DNA of 64,000 nucleotides from Alphaproteobacteria bacterium (GCA_965214705.1 CBDCCI010000001.1:128001-192000); one strand, 5' to 3'. Numbered from the stretch's first letter, positions 9,817 to 18,553 are shown. Made by a program: numbers and translations. The notes: generated by a model from the letters alone, not told the origin.

Positions 9817-10317
9817 ATGAAGAAGTCGGTACGCAAGAAGGACGAAGCCGCACAGTCCCTGCGCATGAACGAGAGGAAATGGTCTAAGCCGCTCATGGAC
9901 GCTGGCTGGACCGCAATTCCCGCCGTCATCATTGAGCGGCAGGCCGCCCTCGGCCTCGACGCGCTTGACGTGAACATCCTGTTGCACTTGGCGAACCACT
10001 GGTGGACGGTCGACAACAAGCCCCACCCGGCTAAAGGCACCATTGCCAAGGCCGTAGGCGTCGATCCCCGAACGGTTCAGCGGCACATCGCCAAGATGGA
10101 GGCCGCCGGTTTCATCCGCCGCGAGGAACGCCGGATTCCCGGTAAGGGCAGCCGGACCAACCTCTATCACTTCGACGGCCTGATCGCCGAGGCCAAGCCC
10201 TTTGCTGAGGAGAAGCTGGCGGAGCGCCGACGGCGAGAGCAGGAAGACAAGGCCCGGCCGGGCCGCAAGGGCCGCCCCCGGCTGACTGTGGTCGGCGGTA
10301 CCGACGACGAGGACTGA
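9817..10317 (+). CDS. Winged helix-turn-helix protein (HTH_36/DnaD N-terminal-like)
   Basis: GAGAGG RBS; KW...GWTAIP N-terminus, HTH KGTIAKAVGVDPRTVQRHIAKMEAAGFI, wing SRTNLY, basic C-terminal tail. Confidence 0.8.
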   Translation: MKKSVRKKDEAAQSLRMNERKWSKPLMDAGWTAIPAVIIERQAALGLDALDVNILLHLANHWWTVDNKPHPAKGTIAKAVGVDPRTVQRHIAKMEAAGFIRREERRIPGKGSRTNLYHFDGLIAEAKPFAEEKLAERRRREQEDKARPGRKGRPRLTVVGGTDDED

Positions 10318-10324
10318 GAGTGAC

Positions 10325-10430
10325 AGCGGCGTAGCTCAGTCGGACAGAGCCCCCGCATTCGACGGAAATCAGCGTGACAACTGAGAGTACGGGCGGGGAG
10401 ACGCGGGTTCAAGTCCCGCCGCCGCTCCCA
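10325..10430 (+). ncRNA. tRNA-like RNA with 36-nt expanded anticodon loop
   Basis: Acceptor AGCGGCG/CGCCGCT, TA, D-arm GCTC-AGTCGGACA-GAGC, anticodon stem CCCGC/GCGGG, variable GAGAC, T-arm GCGGG-TTCAAGT-CCCGC, C73, encoded CCA. Confidence 0.85.
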
Positions 10431-10494
10431 ACTCCGCGCCACCAGCTCCACGCTGGGCGCTACTCGCCGCACCGGGCTCACTCGCGTGACCCCG

Positions 10495-10507
10495 CAACCC
10501 ATTGATT
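10495..10507 (-). promoter_or_regulatory. IHF consensus site
   Basis: Minus strand AATCAA-TGGG-TTG matches WATCAANNNNTTR exactly. Confidence 0.5.
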
Positions 10508-10562
10508 CTCTGTAACTATACGTCTTTCCGGACCTAGACTTGGTTGTGGTGAGAAAACCAAA

Positions 10563-11474
10563 CTAGAGATGCGCCTTGGGTCCGCGGCCCGCGCCCTGCA
10601 CCGCCTCGCGGCGCGCGATGTAGATGCCGCTGGCGACAATTAGCGCCGCACCCAGCCAGGTCCAGAGGTCCACGACCTCACCGAACCAGAGGAAGCCGAT
10701 CACCGCAGCGCCGATCAGCTGCCCGTAGTCGAAGGGGCCGACCACCGAGGCGCGGCCATACTGGTAGGCCTTGATGACGCCGAAATGGCCGATGCCGCCG
10801 AACAGGCCGAGGCCGAAGAAGACCGCCCAGTGGATCGGATCCGTTGGCCAGGTCCAGAAGAACGGCCCGGCGCAGGTGGTCGCCACCAGGGCCACGATGA
10901 TCGTGTAGATCGCGGTGGTGCGGTAGTCGTCGTGGCCCGCGAGCTGGCGGGTCTGTATCTGGAAGACCGCGTAAGCCGCGGCGGCGCCGAGCACCAACAG
11001 AAACGACCAGTGAATGATCTCGCCGCCGGGGCGGAAGATCACCGCCGCACCGGCAAAGCCGAATGCCACGGCGGCCCAGCGCCGGGGCCCCACCCGCTCC
11101 CCCAGCATGGGCACCGAGAGCGCCACCACCATGAGCGGCGCCGTGAAGAAGGCCATCGTTATCGCGGTGAGCGACACATGGGAGAGCGCGATGATGTAGA
11201 GCACCAGCGCCACCAGCTGCAGCGAGGAGCGGACGAGCTGCAGGCCGGGCCGGCTGCTGCGCAGGATACGCAGGCCGCCACGGGGCAGGAACAGCGCGAG
11301 CATCCACGCCATGTGGATGACCGAGCGCATCCACATGATCTGCACGATCGAATAATCGTGTGAGAGCAGATACTTGACCAACGCGTTGAGAAACGGAAAG
11401 AGGACGATCGCGGTGAGGCACATGAACAGGATGCCCCGGAACGAGTCGTCGAGGCGGGCGGGCGCGACGGTCAT
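10563..11474 (-). CDS. DMT/EamA family transporter
   Basis: About 10 TM segments; LGERVGPRRW and ASVVGPFDYGQL. Confidence 0.9.
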   Translation of the reverse strand: MTVAPARLDDSFRGILFMCLTAIVLFPFLNALVKYLLSHDYSIVQIMWMRSVIHMAWMLALFLPRGGLRILRSSRPGLQLVRSSLQLVALVLYIIALSHVSLTAITMAFFTAPLMVVALSVPMLGERVGPRRWAAVAFGFAGAAVIFRPGGEIIHWSFLLVLGAAAAYAVFQIQTRQLAGHDDYRTTAIYTIIVALVATTCAGPFFWTWPTDPIHWAVFFGLGLFGGIGHFGVIKAYQYGRASVVGPFDYGQLIGAAVIGFLWFGEVVDLWTWLGAALIVASGIYIARREAVQGAGRGPKAHL

Positions 11475-11527
11475 CTGCTTGTTCTATGGGATCGCCCGTG
11501 ACCCGGCCAGAGCGGGCGTTGGCGGGC

Positions 11528-12421
11528 TCAGACGGCCGTTCGCCTCAGGCGCGCTTCCCGGTGGGCGATATAGAGCCCGCTCGCGATGATCACCGCGGCG
11601 CCGACCCAGGTCCAAATATCGGGGACCTCGCCGAAAAACGCGAAGCCGAAGATGCTGGCGCCCACGAGCTGGCTGTAGTCGAAGGGGCCGACCAGCGAGG
11701 CCTCGGCGTATTGATAGGCCTTGATGATGAAGTAGTGGGCGAGCCCGCCGACCACGCCGAGCGACAGGAACAGTAGCCAGTCCACCGTGTTGCTGGGCAT
11801 TTCCCAGAAAAACGGCACCGCGACCGTGGCCACGATGAAGGCGGCGAGGATGGTGTAGACCGCCGTCGTGCGCGGATCGTCGTAGCCCGCGAGCTTGCGG
11901 GTCTGGATCTGATAGATCGCGTAGAAGAACGCGCCGCCGAGCACGAGCAGCGCGCCCCAGTGCACCACGTCGGCGCCGGGGCGGAGGACGATCAGCACGC
12001 CGGCGAAGCCGACGAAGACCGCAGCCCAGCGGCGCGGCCCAACGCGCTCGCCGAGGAAGGGCACGGAGAGCGCCACCAGCATCAGCGGGCCGGTGAAGAG
12101 CACCATCGTGACGGTCGTGATCGGCGTCCAGAAGAGCGCGACCCAGATCAACGTGAAGGTGACGAGCTGGGTGAGCGAGCGGATCGACTGCAGCCACGGG
12201 CGACGGCTCGCGAAGACTCGCAGCCCCATCGCCGGCATGAAGAGCACCACCATGAAGCCCAGGTGCACGACGCAGCGGAACCAGATGATCTGCACCATGT
12301 GATAGTCGGCGATCAGCGCCTTCACGAGGGCGTTCAGCCCCGGCAGCCCGAAGCCCGCGGCCACGCACATGTAAAGGACGCCGAGGAGCGGCGCGGCCGA
12401 CGCGGATTGCGGGGAGACCAT
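11528..12421 (-). CDS. DMT/EamA family transporter (paralogue of the neighbour)
   Basis: LGERVGPRRW and ASLVGPFDYSQL; collinear with 10563-11474. Confidence 0.9.
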   Translation of the reverse strand: MVSPQSASAAPLLGVLYMCVAAGFGLPGLNALVKALIADYHMVQIIWFRCVVHLGFMVVLFMPAMGLRVFASRRPWLQSIRSLTQLVTFTLIWVALFWTPITTVTMVLFTGPLMLVALSVPFLGERVGPRRWAAVFVGFAGVLIVLRPGADVVHWGALLVLGGAFFYAIYQIQTRKLAGYDDPRTTAVYTILAAFIVATVAVPFFWEMPSNTVDWLLFLSLGVVGGLAHYFIIKAYQYAEASLVGPFDYSQLVGASIFGFAFFGEVPDIWTWVGAAVIIASGLYIAHREARLRRTAV

Positions 12422-12429
12422 GCGACCTT

Positions 12430-12445
12430 CTAGCCCGGATTTCTC
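12430..12445. mobile_element. Isolated IS1380-type end with CTAG
   Basis: CTAGCCCGGATTTCTC is identical to the target plus first 12 bp of the IR at 18550-18565. Confidence 0.55.
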
Positions 12446-12504
12446 GTCAGGGTCAGGGCCTGAGCCTCAATCAGGAGGACAAATGGGATGAAAACCCGGA
12501 AGAC

Positions 12505-12614
12505 TGGCCGGGGAGGGGGCGCCGCGCGCGTAAGCGCGGAGCATCGTGCGTCCACGCGCGCGGAGCGCACGATCGAACGGAGCGAGCGCTCGGCGACTGA
12601 GGGAATGAATAAGT
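12505..12614 (-). repeat. Multi-hairpin dispersed repeat, copy 1
   Basis: Minus strand ACTTATTCATTCCCTCAGTCGCCGAGCGCTCGCTCCGTTCG matches 22895-22936. Confidence 0.7.
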
Positions 12615-12628
12615 TGGGAGAGGCGAGC

Positions 12629-13087
12629 TCAGGTCTCCACCCAGCCGTCCTTGTGCGGGGTGAAGAATTTCAGGTCGATGCGCAGGTGCTTGTAGTACCA
12701 GGTGCCGTCGACGCGCACGTAATCGTCGTCGTATTCCGCGAGCAGCCAGCGCGCCTCCTTGGGCCCGCCCCCAAGCTCCGTGGTGCACGGCATGATCAGC
12801 CACCACTTGCCGTTGGCCGTGTCGCCATCCACCGTGATGATCGGGTTGAGCACGAGGTGCGCGGCAAAGACGATGTCGTTGGAGATGCCTGAGAAGAAGC
12901 TGTGAATCGCCGAGCGCCCGACATGACAGCCGAAGTTCTCGCCCCCGTCCCACACGCCGTCTTCCACGAACATCGCCGCGATGCCGTCGGGGTCGTAGCC
13001 GGCGTCGCAGAGCTGGCAGTAGCGCGCCTTGAGCTGCTTGATGTCCTCGATCGCGCTGAGGCGCTCGACCTTCTCCTCAAACGTCAT
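12629..13087 (-). CDS. SnoaL-like/NTF2-fold protein (BaiE/LinA-type)
   Basis: IEDIKQLKARYCQLCD, F..DGVWD, HLVLNPIITVDGDTANGKW, YDDDYVRVDGTW. Confidence 0.85.
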   Translation of the reverse strand: MTFEEKVERLSAIEDIKQLKARYCQLCDAGYDPDGIAAMFVEDGVWDGGENFGCHVGRSAIHSFFSGISNDIVFAAHLVLNPIITVDGDTANGKWWLIMPCTTELGGGPKEARWLLAEYDDDYVRVDGTWYYKHLRIDLKFFTPHKDGWVET

Positions 13088-13271
13088 CCCTTCCTCCTCT
13101 GGCTCGCTCGCGGAAGGCCGCACCGGCACCCCGACCTTCTCCACGGCTAGGTAGCACAGAGGCGCCCGATTCGGGCAGGGGCTGAGGACCTCGGCGCGCG
13201 GGTAGGGCCGCCCCCGGATGACGCCCATCGTGTAGTTCCCTATCATGCCCGCACGAGACGGGGAGGGAGCG

Positions 13272-15602
13272 ATGGCACGGTTCGGCGTCGGCCAATCGGC
13301 ACCGCGTAAGGAAGACGACGTTCTGCTCAGGGGCCGCGGGCGGTTTCAGGACGACGTTTCGCTCGACGGCGAGATGCATGCCTGTTTCGTGCGCTCGCCG
13401 CTTGCCCACGCCGACATAACGGCGATCGACACAGCGGCAGCGGCGGCCGCAGACGGCGTGCTTGCCGTCTATACCGGCGCGGACGTATCGGCGGCCGGCC
13501 TCGGCACGCTGCCCTGCATCGCCGACGCCTTCGTGCCGCTCACGCGACCGGACGGCAGCCCCGCCTGCTATCCGCCCAACCCGATGCTGCCGGGAGATCG
13601 CGTGCGCCACGTCGGCGAAGCGGTGGTGATGGTCGTGGCCGAGACCCTCGCCGCCGCGCAGGATGCGGCGGAGCTCGTGAGCGTGGACTACGAACCGCTG
13701 CCGGCGGTGGTCGACGCGGCGAAGGCGCGCGATGCGGACGCGCCGCAGATCTGGCCGGAGGCGCCGGGCAACCTCTCCTTGACGTGGGCGCAAGGGGACG
13801 CCGCCGCCACCGACGCCGCCTTCGAGGCTGCGGCCCACACGGTGGAGATCGAGCTGGTCAACAACCGCGTGGTGGTGAACACTATCGAGCCGCGCGGCGC
13901 GCTCGGCGTCTACGATCCGGCGAGCGAGCGCTACACCCTCCACATCAACAGCCAGCACGTGCACGGTGCGCGCGCCGTCATCGCCGGCATCTTAGGCGTC
14001 GAGGAGGACCGCCTGCGCATCCTCTCCCACGACCTCGGCGGCGGCTTCGGCATGAAGTACTTCACCTATCCCGAGCACGTGCTCGTGGCCTGGGCCGCGC
14101 GCAAGCTGGGGCGGCCGGTGCGTTGGCTGTGCGGGCGCATCGAGGGCTTCCAGAGCGACACCCAGGCGCGCGACCACATCACGAAGGCCGCGCTGGCGCT
14201 GGACGAGGGCGGGCAGTTCCTGGGCTTGCGCGTGCGCACGCTGGCCAATCTCGGTGCCTATGTCTCCAACCTCGGGCCGATCTCGCCGACCCTGCTCTAC
14301 ACGCGCATGCTCGCGAACGCCTACCGCACGCCTGCGATCCATGCCGAGGTCGAAGGCGTGCTCACCAACACCGTCTTCACCGATGCCTATCGCGGCGCCG
14401 GCATTCCGGAGTCGAACTACGTGGTCGAGCGCCTGGTGGACAAGGCAGCGGTCCAGCTCGGCCTCGCGCCCGACGAGATCCGCCGGCGCAACCTGATCCC
14501 GGCGGCGGCGATGCCCTATCAGGTGCCGCTCGACGTCACCTACGATTCGGGCGATTACGCCCGCAACCTGGACGACAGCCTGACGCTCGCCGGCTGGTCC
14601 GGTTTCGCCGAACGGCGCGCGGAGGCGGCGGCGCGCGGCAAGCTGCGTGGTATCGGCATGGCGGTCTACGTCGAATCGACCATCGGCGATCCGTCGGAAC
14701 ATGTCGCCATTCGCTTCCGCGACGACGGTGGAGTCAGCCTCAGCGCGGGCACACGCGCCTCCGGTCAGGGCCACACGACCACCTATGCCCAGCTGCTCAG
14801 CGAAAGCCTGGGCATTCCCTTCGAGGCCATCGATCTCATCGAGGGGGACAGCGACGACTTGCCGGGTGGGGGAGGGAGCGGCGGCTCGCGCTCCACCTAC
14901 ATGGTGGCGCTCGCGATCGATGACGGCGCGGCCAAGGTGATCGAGAAGGGCACCCAGGTCGCCGCCAACATGCTGGAGGTGGCGCCGGCGGACATCCGCT
15001 TCGCCGACGGGGATTTCGCCATCGCTGGCACCGACCGTGCCATCGACATCATGACGCTGGCGGCGCAGGCGAAGGACCCCGCCAACCTGCCCGAGGGCAT
15101 GGAGCCGGGGCTGGATGCCAACGGCCAGACGGAGACCTTCGAGGGCACCTTCCCCAACGGCTGCCACATCTGCGAGGTCGAGATCGATCCCGAGACCGGG
15201 GCGCTGGCGCTGGTGAACTATGCGGCGGCCAACGATTTCGGGCGCATCGTCAATCCCGTGCTGGTGGACGGCCAAGTACACGGCGGCGTGGCGCAGGGGC
15301 TGGGACAGGCGGTGTTCGAGAACTGCGTCTACGACGAGGCATCCGGCCAGCTGCTCTCCGGCTCGTTCATGGACTACTGCATGCCGCGCGCCGACGACAT
15401 GCCGCCCTTTGCGCTTGCTTCCAATGGCGTGCCGACCAGCCAGAATCCGCTCGGCATCAAGGGTTGCGGCGAGGCGGGGGCGATCCCGGCGCCGGCGGCC
15501 GTGGTGAACGCCGTGCTCGATGCGCTCAAGGAGCGCGGCGTCACCGATATCGACATGCCGCTCACCCCGGAGCGCGTCTGGCGCGCAATAGCAACAGCTT
15601 AA
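13272..15602 (+). CDS. Xanthine dehydrogenase family molybdopterin-binding subunit (CoxL-like)
   Basis: RKED..LLRGRG, GGGFG, AYRGAG, SGQGH, GQVHGG.AQGLG, KGCGE motifs. Confidence 0.92.
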   Translation: MARFGVGQSAPRKEDDVLLRGRGRFQDDVSLDGEMHACFVRSPLAHADITAIDTAAAAAADGVLAVYTGADVSAAGLGTLPCIADAFVPLTRPDGSPACYPPNPMLPGDRVRHVGEAVVMVVAETLAAAQDAAELVSVDYEPLPAVVDAAKARDADAPQIWPEAPGNLSLTWAQGDAAATDAAFEAAAHTVEIELVNNRVVVNTIEPRGALGVYDPASERYTLHINSQHVHGARAVIAGILGVEEDRLRILSHDLGGGFGMKYFTYPEHVLVAWAARKLGRPVRWLCGRIEGFQSDTQARDHITKAALALDEGGQFLGLRVRTLANLGAYVSNLGPISPTLLYTRMLANAYRTPAIHAEVEGVLTNTVFTDAYRGAGIPESNYVVERLVDKAAVQLGLAPDEIRRRNLIPAAAMPYQVPLDVTYDSGDYARNLDDSLTLAGWSGFAERRAEAAARGKLRGIGMAVYVESTIGDPSEHVAIRFRDDGGVSLSAGTRASGQGHTTTYAQLLSESLGIPFEAIDLIEGDSDDLPGGGGSGGSRSTYMVALAIDDGAAKVIEKGTQVAANMLEVAPADIRFADGDFAIAGTDRAIDIMTLAAQAKDPANLPEGMEPGLDANGQTETFEGTFPNGCHICEVEIDPETGALALVNYAAANDFGRIVNPVLVDGQVHGGVAQGLGQAVFENCVYDEASGQLLSGSFMDYCMPRADDMPPFALASNGVPTSQNPLGIKGCGEAGAIPAPAAVVNAVLDALKERGVTDIDMPLTPERVWRAIATA

Positions 15603-15615
15603 GGATCGGATACAT

Positions 15616-16155
15616 ATGAGCGTCTCGCCCGACCACGTCTTCACCGACCTGCCCAACAGCCTCATCGGCCAGACCCGGCAGATCTGCATTGTCACCCGCG
15701 ACCTCGACGCCTGCATTCGCAACTATGCGGACCGCATGGGGATCGGCCCCTGGTGGGTCCAGGAATACGGACCGCCCGACCTGACCGACAGATACTTTCG
15801 CGGCGGCCCCGGCCAGTTCTCCATGCGCCTCGCGCTGGCCTGGACCGGCGATCTCAACTGGGAAGTAATCGAGCCGCTGGAGGGGCCCAGCATCTACCAC
15901 GAGTTCCTTGAGGAGCACGGCGAGGGGCTGCAGCACGTGGGCTTCCTGTTGCAGGACACGGGCCTGGATATGGACGGCTGCATCGCCGACATGGAAGCGC
16001 GGGGATTCGCTCGGGTGATGAGCGGCGGCTGGCGCGGCGTGCGCTTCTGCTACTTCCAGACCGAGGACGCGCTCAAGACCACCCTGGAGCTGATATACCG
16101 CCCGGAAGGCTATCAGCGCCCGGATCCACTCTACTGGTACCCGGCACGGGACTAG
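15616..16155 (+). CDS. VOC/glyoxalase family protein (methylmalonyl-CoA epimerase-like fold)
   Basis: QICIVTRDLD, EVIEPLEGPSIYHEFL..HGEGLQHVGF, LELI. Confidence 0.85.
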   Translation: MSVSPDHVFTDLPNSLIGQTRQICIVTRDLDACIRNYADRMGIGPWWVQEYGPPDLTDRYFRGGPGQFSMRLALAWTGDLNWEVIEPLEGPSIYHEFLEEHGEGLQHVGFLLQDTGLDMDGCIADMEARGFARVMSGGWRGVRFCYFQTEDALKTTLELIYRPEGYQRPDPLYWYPARD

Positions 16156-16226
16156 CGTAACGTCCCGGCAATTCACGCGGTGCGGGCTTGGAGCGCCGCA
16201 GCACGGCTGCCGTGGAGTGGGATGCG

Positions 16227-16547
16227 ATGGCCAACTTGTACAGCGTCGATGTTTTCCACTGCGAGGAAACCGACGTGTTCGTTGCGACGAGCGAGGACAT
16301 ACCCGGTCTGACGCTCGAAGCGGATACGCTCGGCGGCATGCTTGAGGCCGTCATGGAGATGGTGCCGCAACTGCTCGAGCAAAATTTGGACGTGCCGCGA
16401 GACGCTGACGTGCAAGTGACGGTGCGGCTTCAGCAGGCAGGCCAACCAGCCGGGCAACCAGGGCACCATCAACGTTCTCGGTCGCAGGTTGGCGCACGGA
16501 CGCCCCGCTATGTCGTCGAGGAAACACTGATCCCGTCACACGTGTAG
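16227..16547 (+). CDS. DUF1902/HicB-like putative antitoxin
   Basis: VFVATSEDIPGLTLEADTL...VPQLLEQN partial RNase H-like HicB fold; adjacent to HicA. Confidence 0.75.
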   Translation: MANLYSVDVFHCEETDVFVATSEDIPGLTLEADTLGGMLEAVMEMVPQLLEQNLDVPRDADVQVTVRLQQAGQPAGQPGHHQRSRSQVGARTPRYVVEETLIPSHV

Positions 16548-16560
16548 CACTGGTATCGCA

Positions 16561-16758
16561 GTGGCGACTTTCGAACGGAAGGTGAAAAGCCTTCTGAGAG
16601 CGGCCGGTTGGGTCAAAATCCGCCAAGGCAGGTCAAGCCACGAACAGTGGCAGAGTGCGGACCGCACCGGGCTGGTCATCACCGTCCCAAGCAAGATCAA
16701 GAGCCGGCATACAGCCAACCATATTCTGAAACAGGCGGGAATCGACGAGAAGCTATGA
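16561..16758 (+). CDS. hicA: HicA family toxin
   Basis: 65 aa; LRAAGW...RQGRSSHEQW...ITVP...TANHILKQAGI. Confidence 0.85.
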   Translation: MATFERKVKSLLRAAGWVKIRQGRSSHEQWQSADRTGLVITVPSKIKSRHTANHILKQAGIDEKL

Positions 16759-16780
16759 CAGGACGGCCGAGAGGGCGGCG

Positions 16781-17593
16781 TCAGGAATCCTGCCAGACGG
16801 GATCCCGCTTCTCGAGGAAGGCGGTGATGCCCTCGCGCGCGTCGTCCGCCTGGATGGTGCGGTAGATCACCTCGCCGGCGTAGTCGTAGGCATCGCCGCG
16901 GTCCATCTCTAGCTGGCGGTAGAAGGATCGCTTGCCCTGGGCGATGGCGTAGGCCGACTTCGACGCGATATGCCTCGCCACCTCTTCGACCCGCTCGTTC
17001 AGCTTGTCGGGCTCCACCACCTCGCTGACCAACCCCATGCGAAAGGCGGTCTCGGCATCCATCATCTTGCCGGTGAGCAGCATCTGCATCGCATGCTTGG
17101 GCGCGACGGCGCGGCTCACCGCCACCTGCGGCGAGTGGCACCAGAAGCCGATGTTTACGCCGGGGGTGGCGAACTTGGCCTCCGACGAGGCGTAGACCAG
17201 ATCGCAGCTCGCGACCAGCTCGCAGCCGGCGGCGGTGGCGATGCTGTGGACCTTGGCGATCACGGGCTGGGGCAGGCCGATCAAGCTCTGCATCATGCGC
17301 GAGCAGGTAGCGGTGGCTTCCCGCTTGGTCTCCGGCGCCTTCATGGCCTCGACGGATTCGTTGAGGTCGTGGCCGGTGCAGAAGAGCCGCCCCGCCGCAG
17401 CCAGGATCACCACCCGCACGGAACGGTCGTCCCTGATCTCGTCCAGGGTGTCCTGCAGCTCGTGCACCAGCCGGTGGGAGAGGCTGTTGCCCGACTTGGG
17501 CCGGTTCAGCGTGAGCGTCGTCACACCGTCATCGTCCTTGCGGCGCAGCGTGCGCGCGATCCCTTCCGGCAGTTCCACGATTTCGGTCGCCAT
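16781..17593 (-). CDS. Enoyl-CoA hydratase/isomerase (ECHDC3-like)
   Basis: LTLNRP, FCTGHDL, ATAAGCELVASCDL, FATPGVNIG. Confidence 0.9.
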   Translation of the reverse strand: MATEIVELPEGIARTLRRKDDDGVTTLTLNRPKSGNSLSHRLVHELQDTLDEIRDDRSVRVVILAAAGRLFCTGHDLNESVEAMKAPETKREATATCSRMMQSLIGLPQPVIAKVHSIATAAGCELVASCDLVYASSEAKFATPGVNIGFWCHSPQVAVSRAVAPKHAMQMLLTGKMMDAETAFRMGLVSEVVEPDKLNERVEEVARHIASKSAYAIAQGKRSFYRQLEMDRGDAYDYAGEVIYRTIQADDAREGITAFLEKRDPVWQDS

Positions 17594-17764
17594 CGTTCCC
17601 TCCAGCTCTCGGGCTTGCGGGCGGCATTCTAGCACCGGGCCGCAGAATGCGAAGGCAGCCGGGCGGACGGCTTGCGGCGGCGCCCGTTGTGGCCTATGTC
17701 GTGGCCCGCTAGCGCCGTCGCGGCCGGGCTGGCACGCGTGCATCCGAGAGAAGCGGGAGACCCC

Positions 17765-18526
17765 ATGGCACAGCTTGAAGGGAAGGTCGCCGTCGTTACC
17801 GGCGGCGGGCGGGGCTTGGGCCGCGCCTATTGCGAGGCGCTGGCGCGCGAGGGTGCCGCGGTGGTCGCCGCCGACATTCGCGACACGGCCGAGACGGTGG
17901 ACGCCATCGGCAAGACCAACGGGCGTGTCACCGGCATCGCGCTCGACGCCGCCGACATGACGAGCTGCGAGACCATGGCCAAGCACGCGGTCGCCGAGTT
18001 CGGGCGCATCGACGTGCTCATCAACAATGCCGCGCTCTACGGCGACATCCAGGGCGGGCGCTTCGACAAGATCCCGCAGGACGAGTGGGACAAGACCATG
18101 GCGGTCAACGTGCGCGGCGTCTGGCAATGCACCAAGGCGTGCGTGCCGGCCATGCGCGAGGCGGGCGGCGGCTCCATCGTCAATATCGCCTCGCTGGCTG
18201 CGGTCTACGGCATGCCCTATGGCCTGCACTACGCGACCTCGAAGTCCGCGGTGATCGGCATGACCCGCGCGCTCGCCCGCGAGCTCGGGCGCGACTGGAT
18301 CAGGGTCAACGCCATCGCGCCGAGCGCGGTGCTGACCGAGGGGACGGACGAGTTCTTCGGAGAGAAGAAGGACAAGCTGCTCCAGGCCGTCGCCACCGGC
18401 CAGAGCCTGCAGAGGAACCTCGAGACCGACGATCTGGTGGGCACCGTGCTCTACCTCGCGTCCGACGCGAGCAAGCTGGTCACCGGCCAGACCCTGATGG
18501 TGGACGGCGGCACGGTGTTTCTTTAG
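17765..18526 (+). CDS. SDR family oxidoreductase
   Basis: TGGGRGLG, NNA, YATSK catalytic motif, TGQTLMVDGG. Confidence 0.92.
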   Translation: MAQLEGKVAVVTGGGRGLGRAYCEALAREGAAVVAADIRDTAETVDAIGKTNGRVTGIALDAADMTSCETMAKHAVAEFGRIDVLINNAALYGDIQGGRFDKIPQDEWDKTMAVNVRGVWQCTKACVPAMREAGGGSIVNIASLAAVYGMPYGLHYATSKSAVIGMTRALARELGRDWIRVNAIAPSAVLTEGTDEFFGEKKDKLLQAVATGQSLQRNLETDDLVGTVLYLASDASKLVTGQTLMVDGGTVFL

Positions 18527-18553
18527 GCGCGGGTCGGGGACCTCTCGCCCTAG

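Noticed and set aside
10325-10430. Ordinary tRNA, tmRNA, tRNA-Sec or group I intron tRNA
   Set aside because: The loop is 36 nt; a full D-stem, no G3-U70 pair and no tag ORF exclude tmRNA; 7/5 fold with short variable arm excludes Sec; the 29-nt insert is too small to self-splice.
10508-10535. dif/Xer site
   Set aside because: AT-rich, but no convincing XerD arm (TTATGTTAAAT-like).
13272-15602. Aerobic CO dehydrogenase form I
   Set aside because: Lacks AYxCSFR and the coxM/S and accessory genes.
17730-17746. Sigma54 promoter (TGGCACG)
   Set aside because: The -12 GC is not at the required spacing; same for the TGGCAC near 39610.
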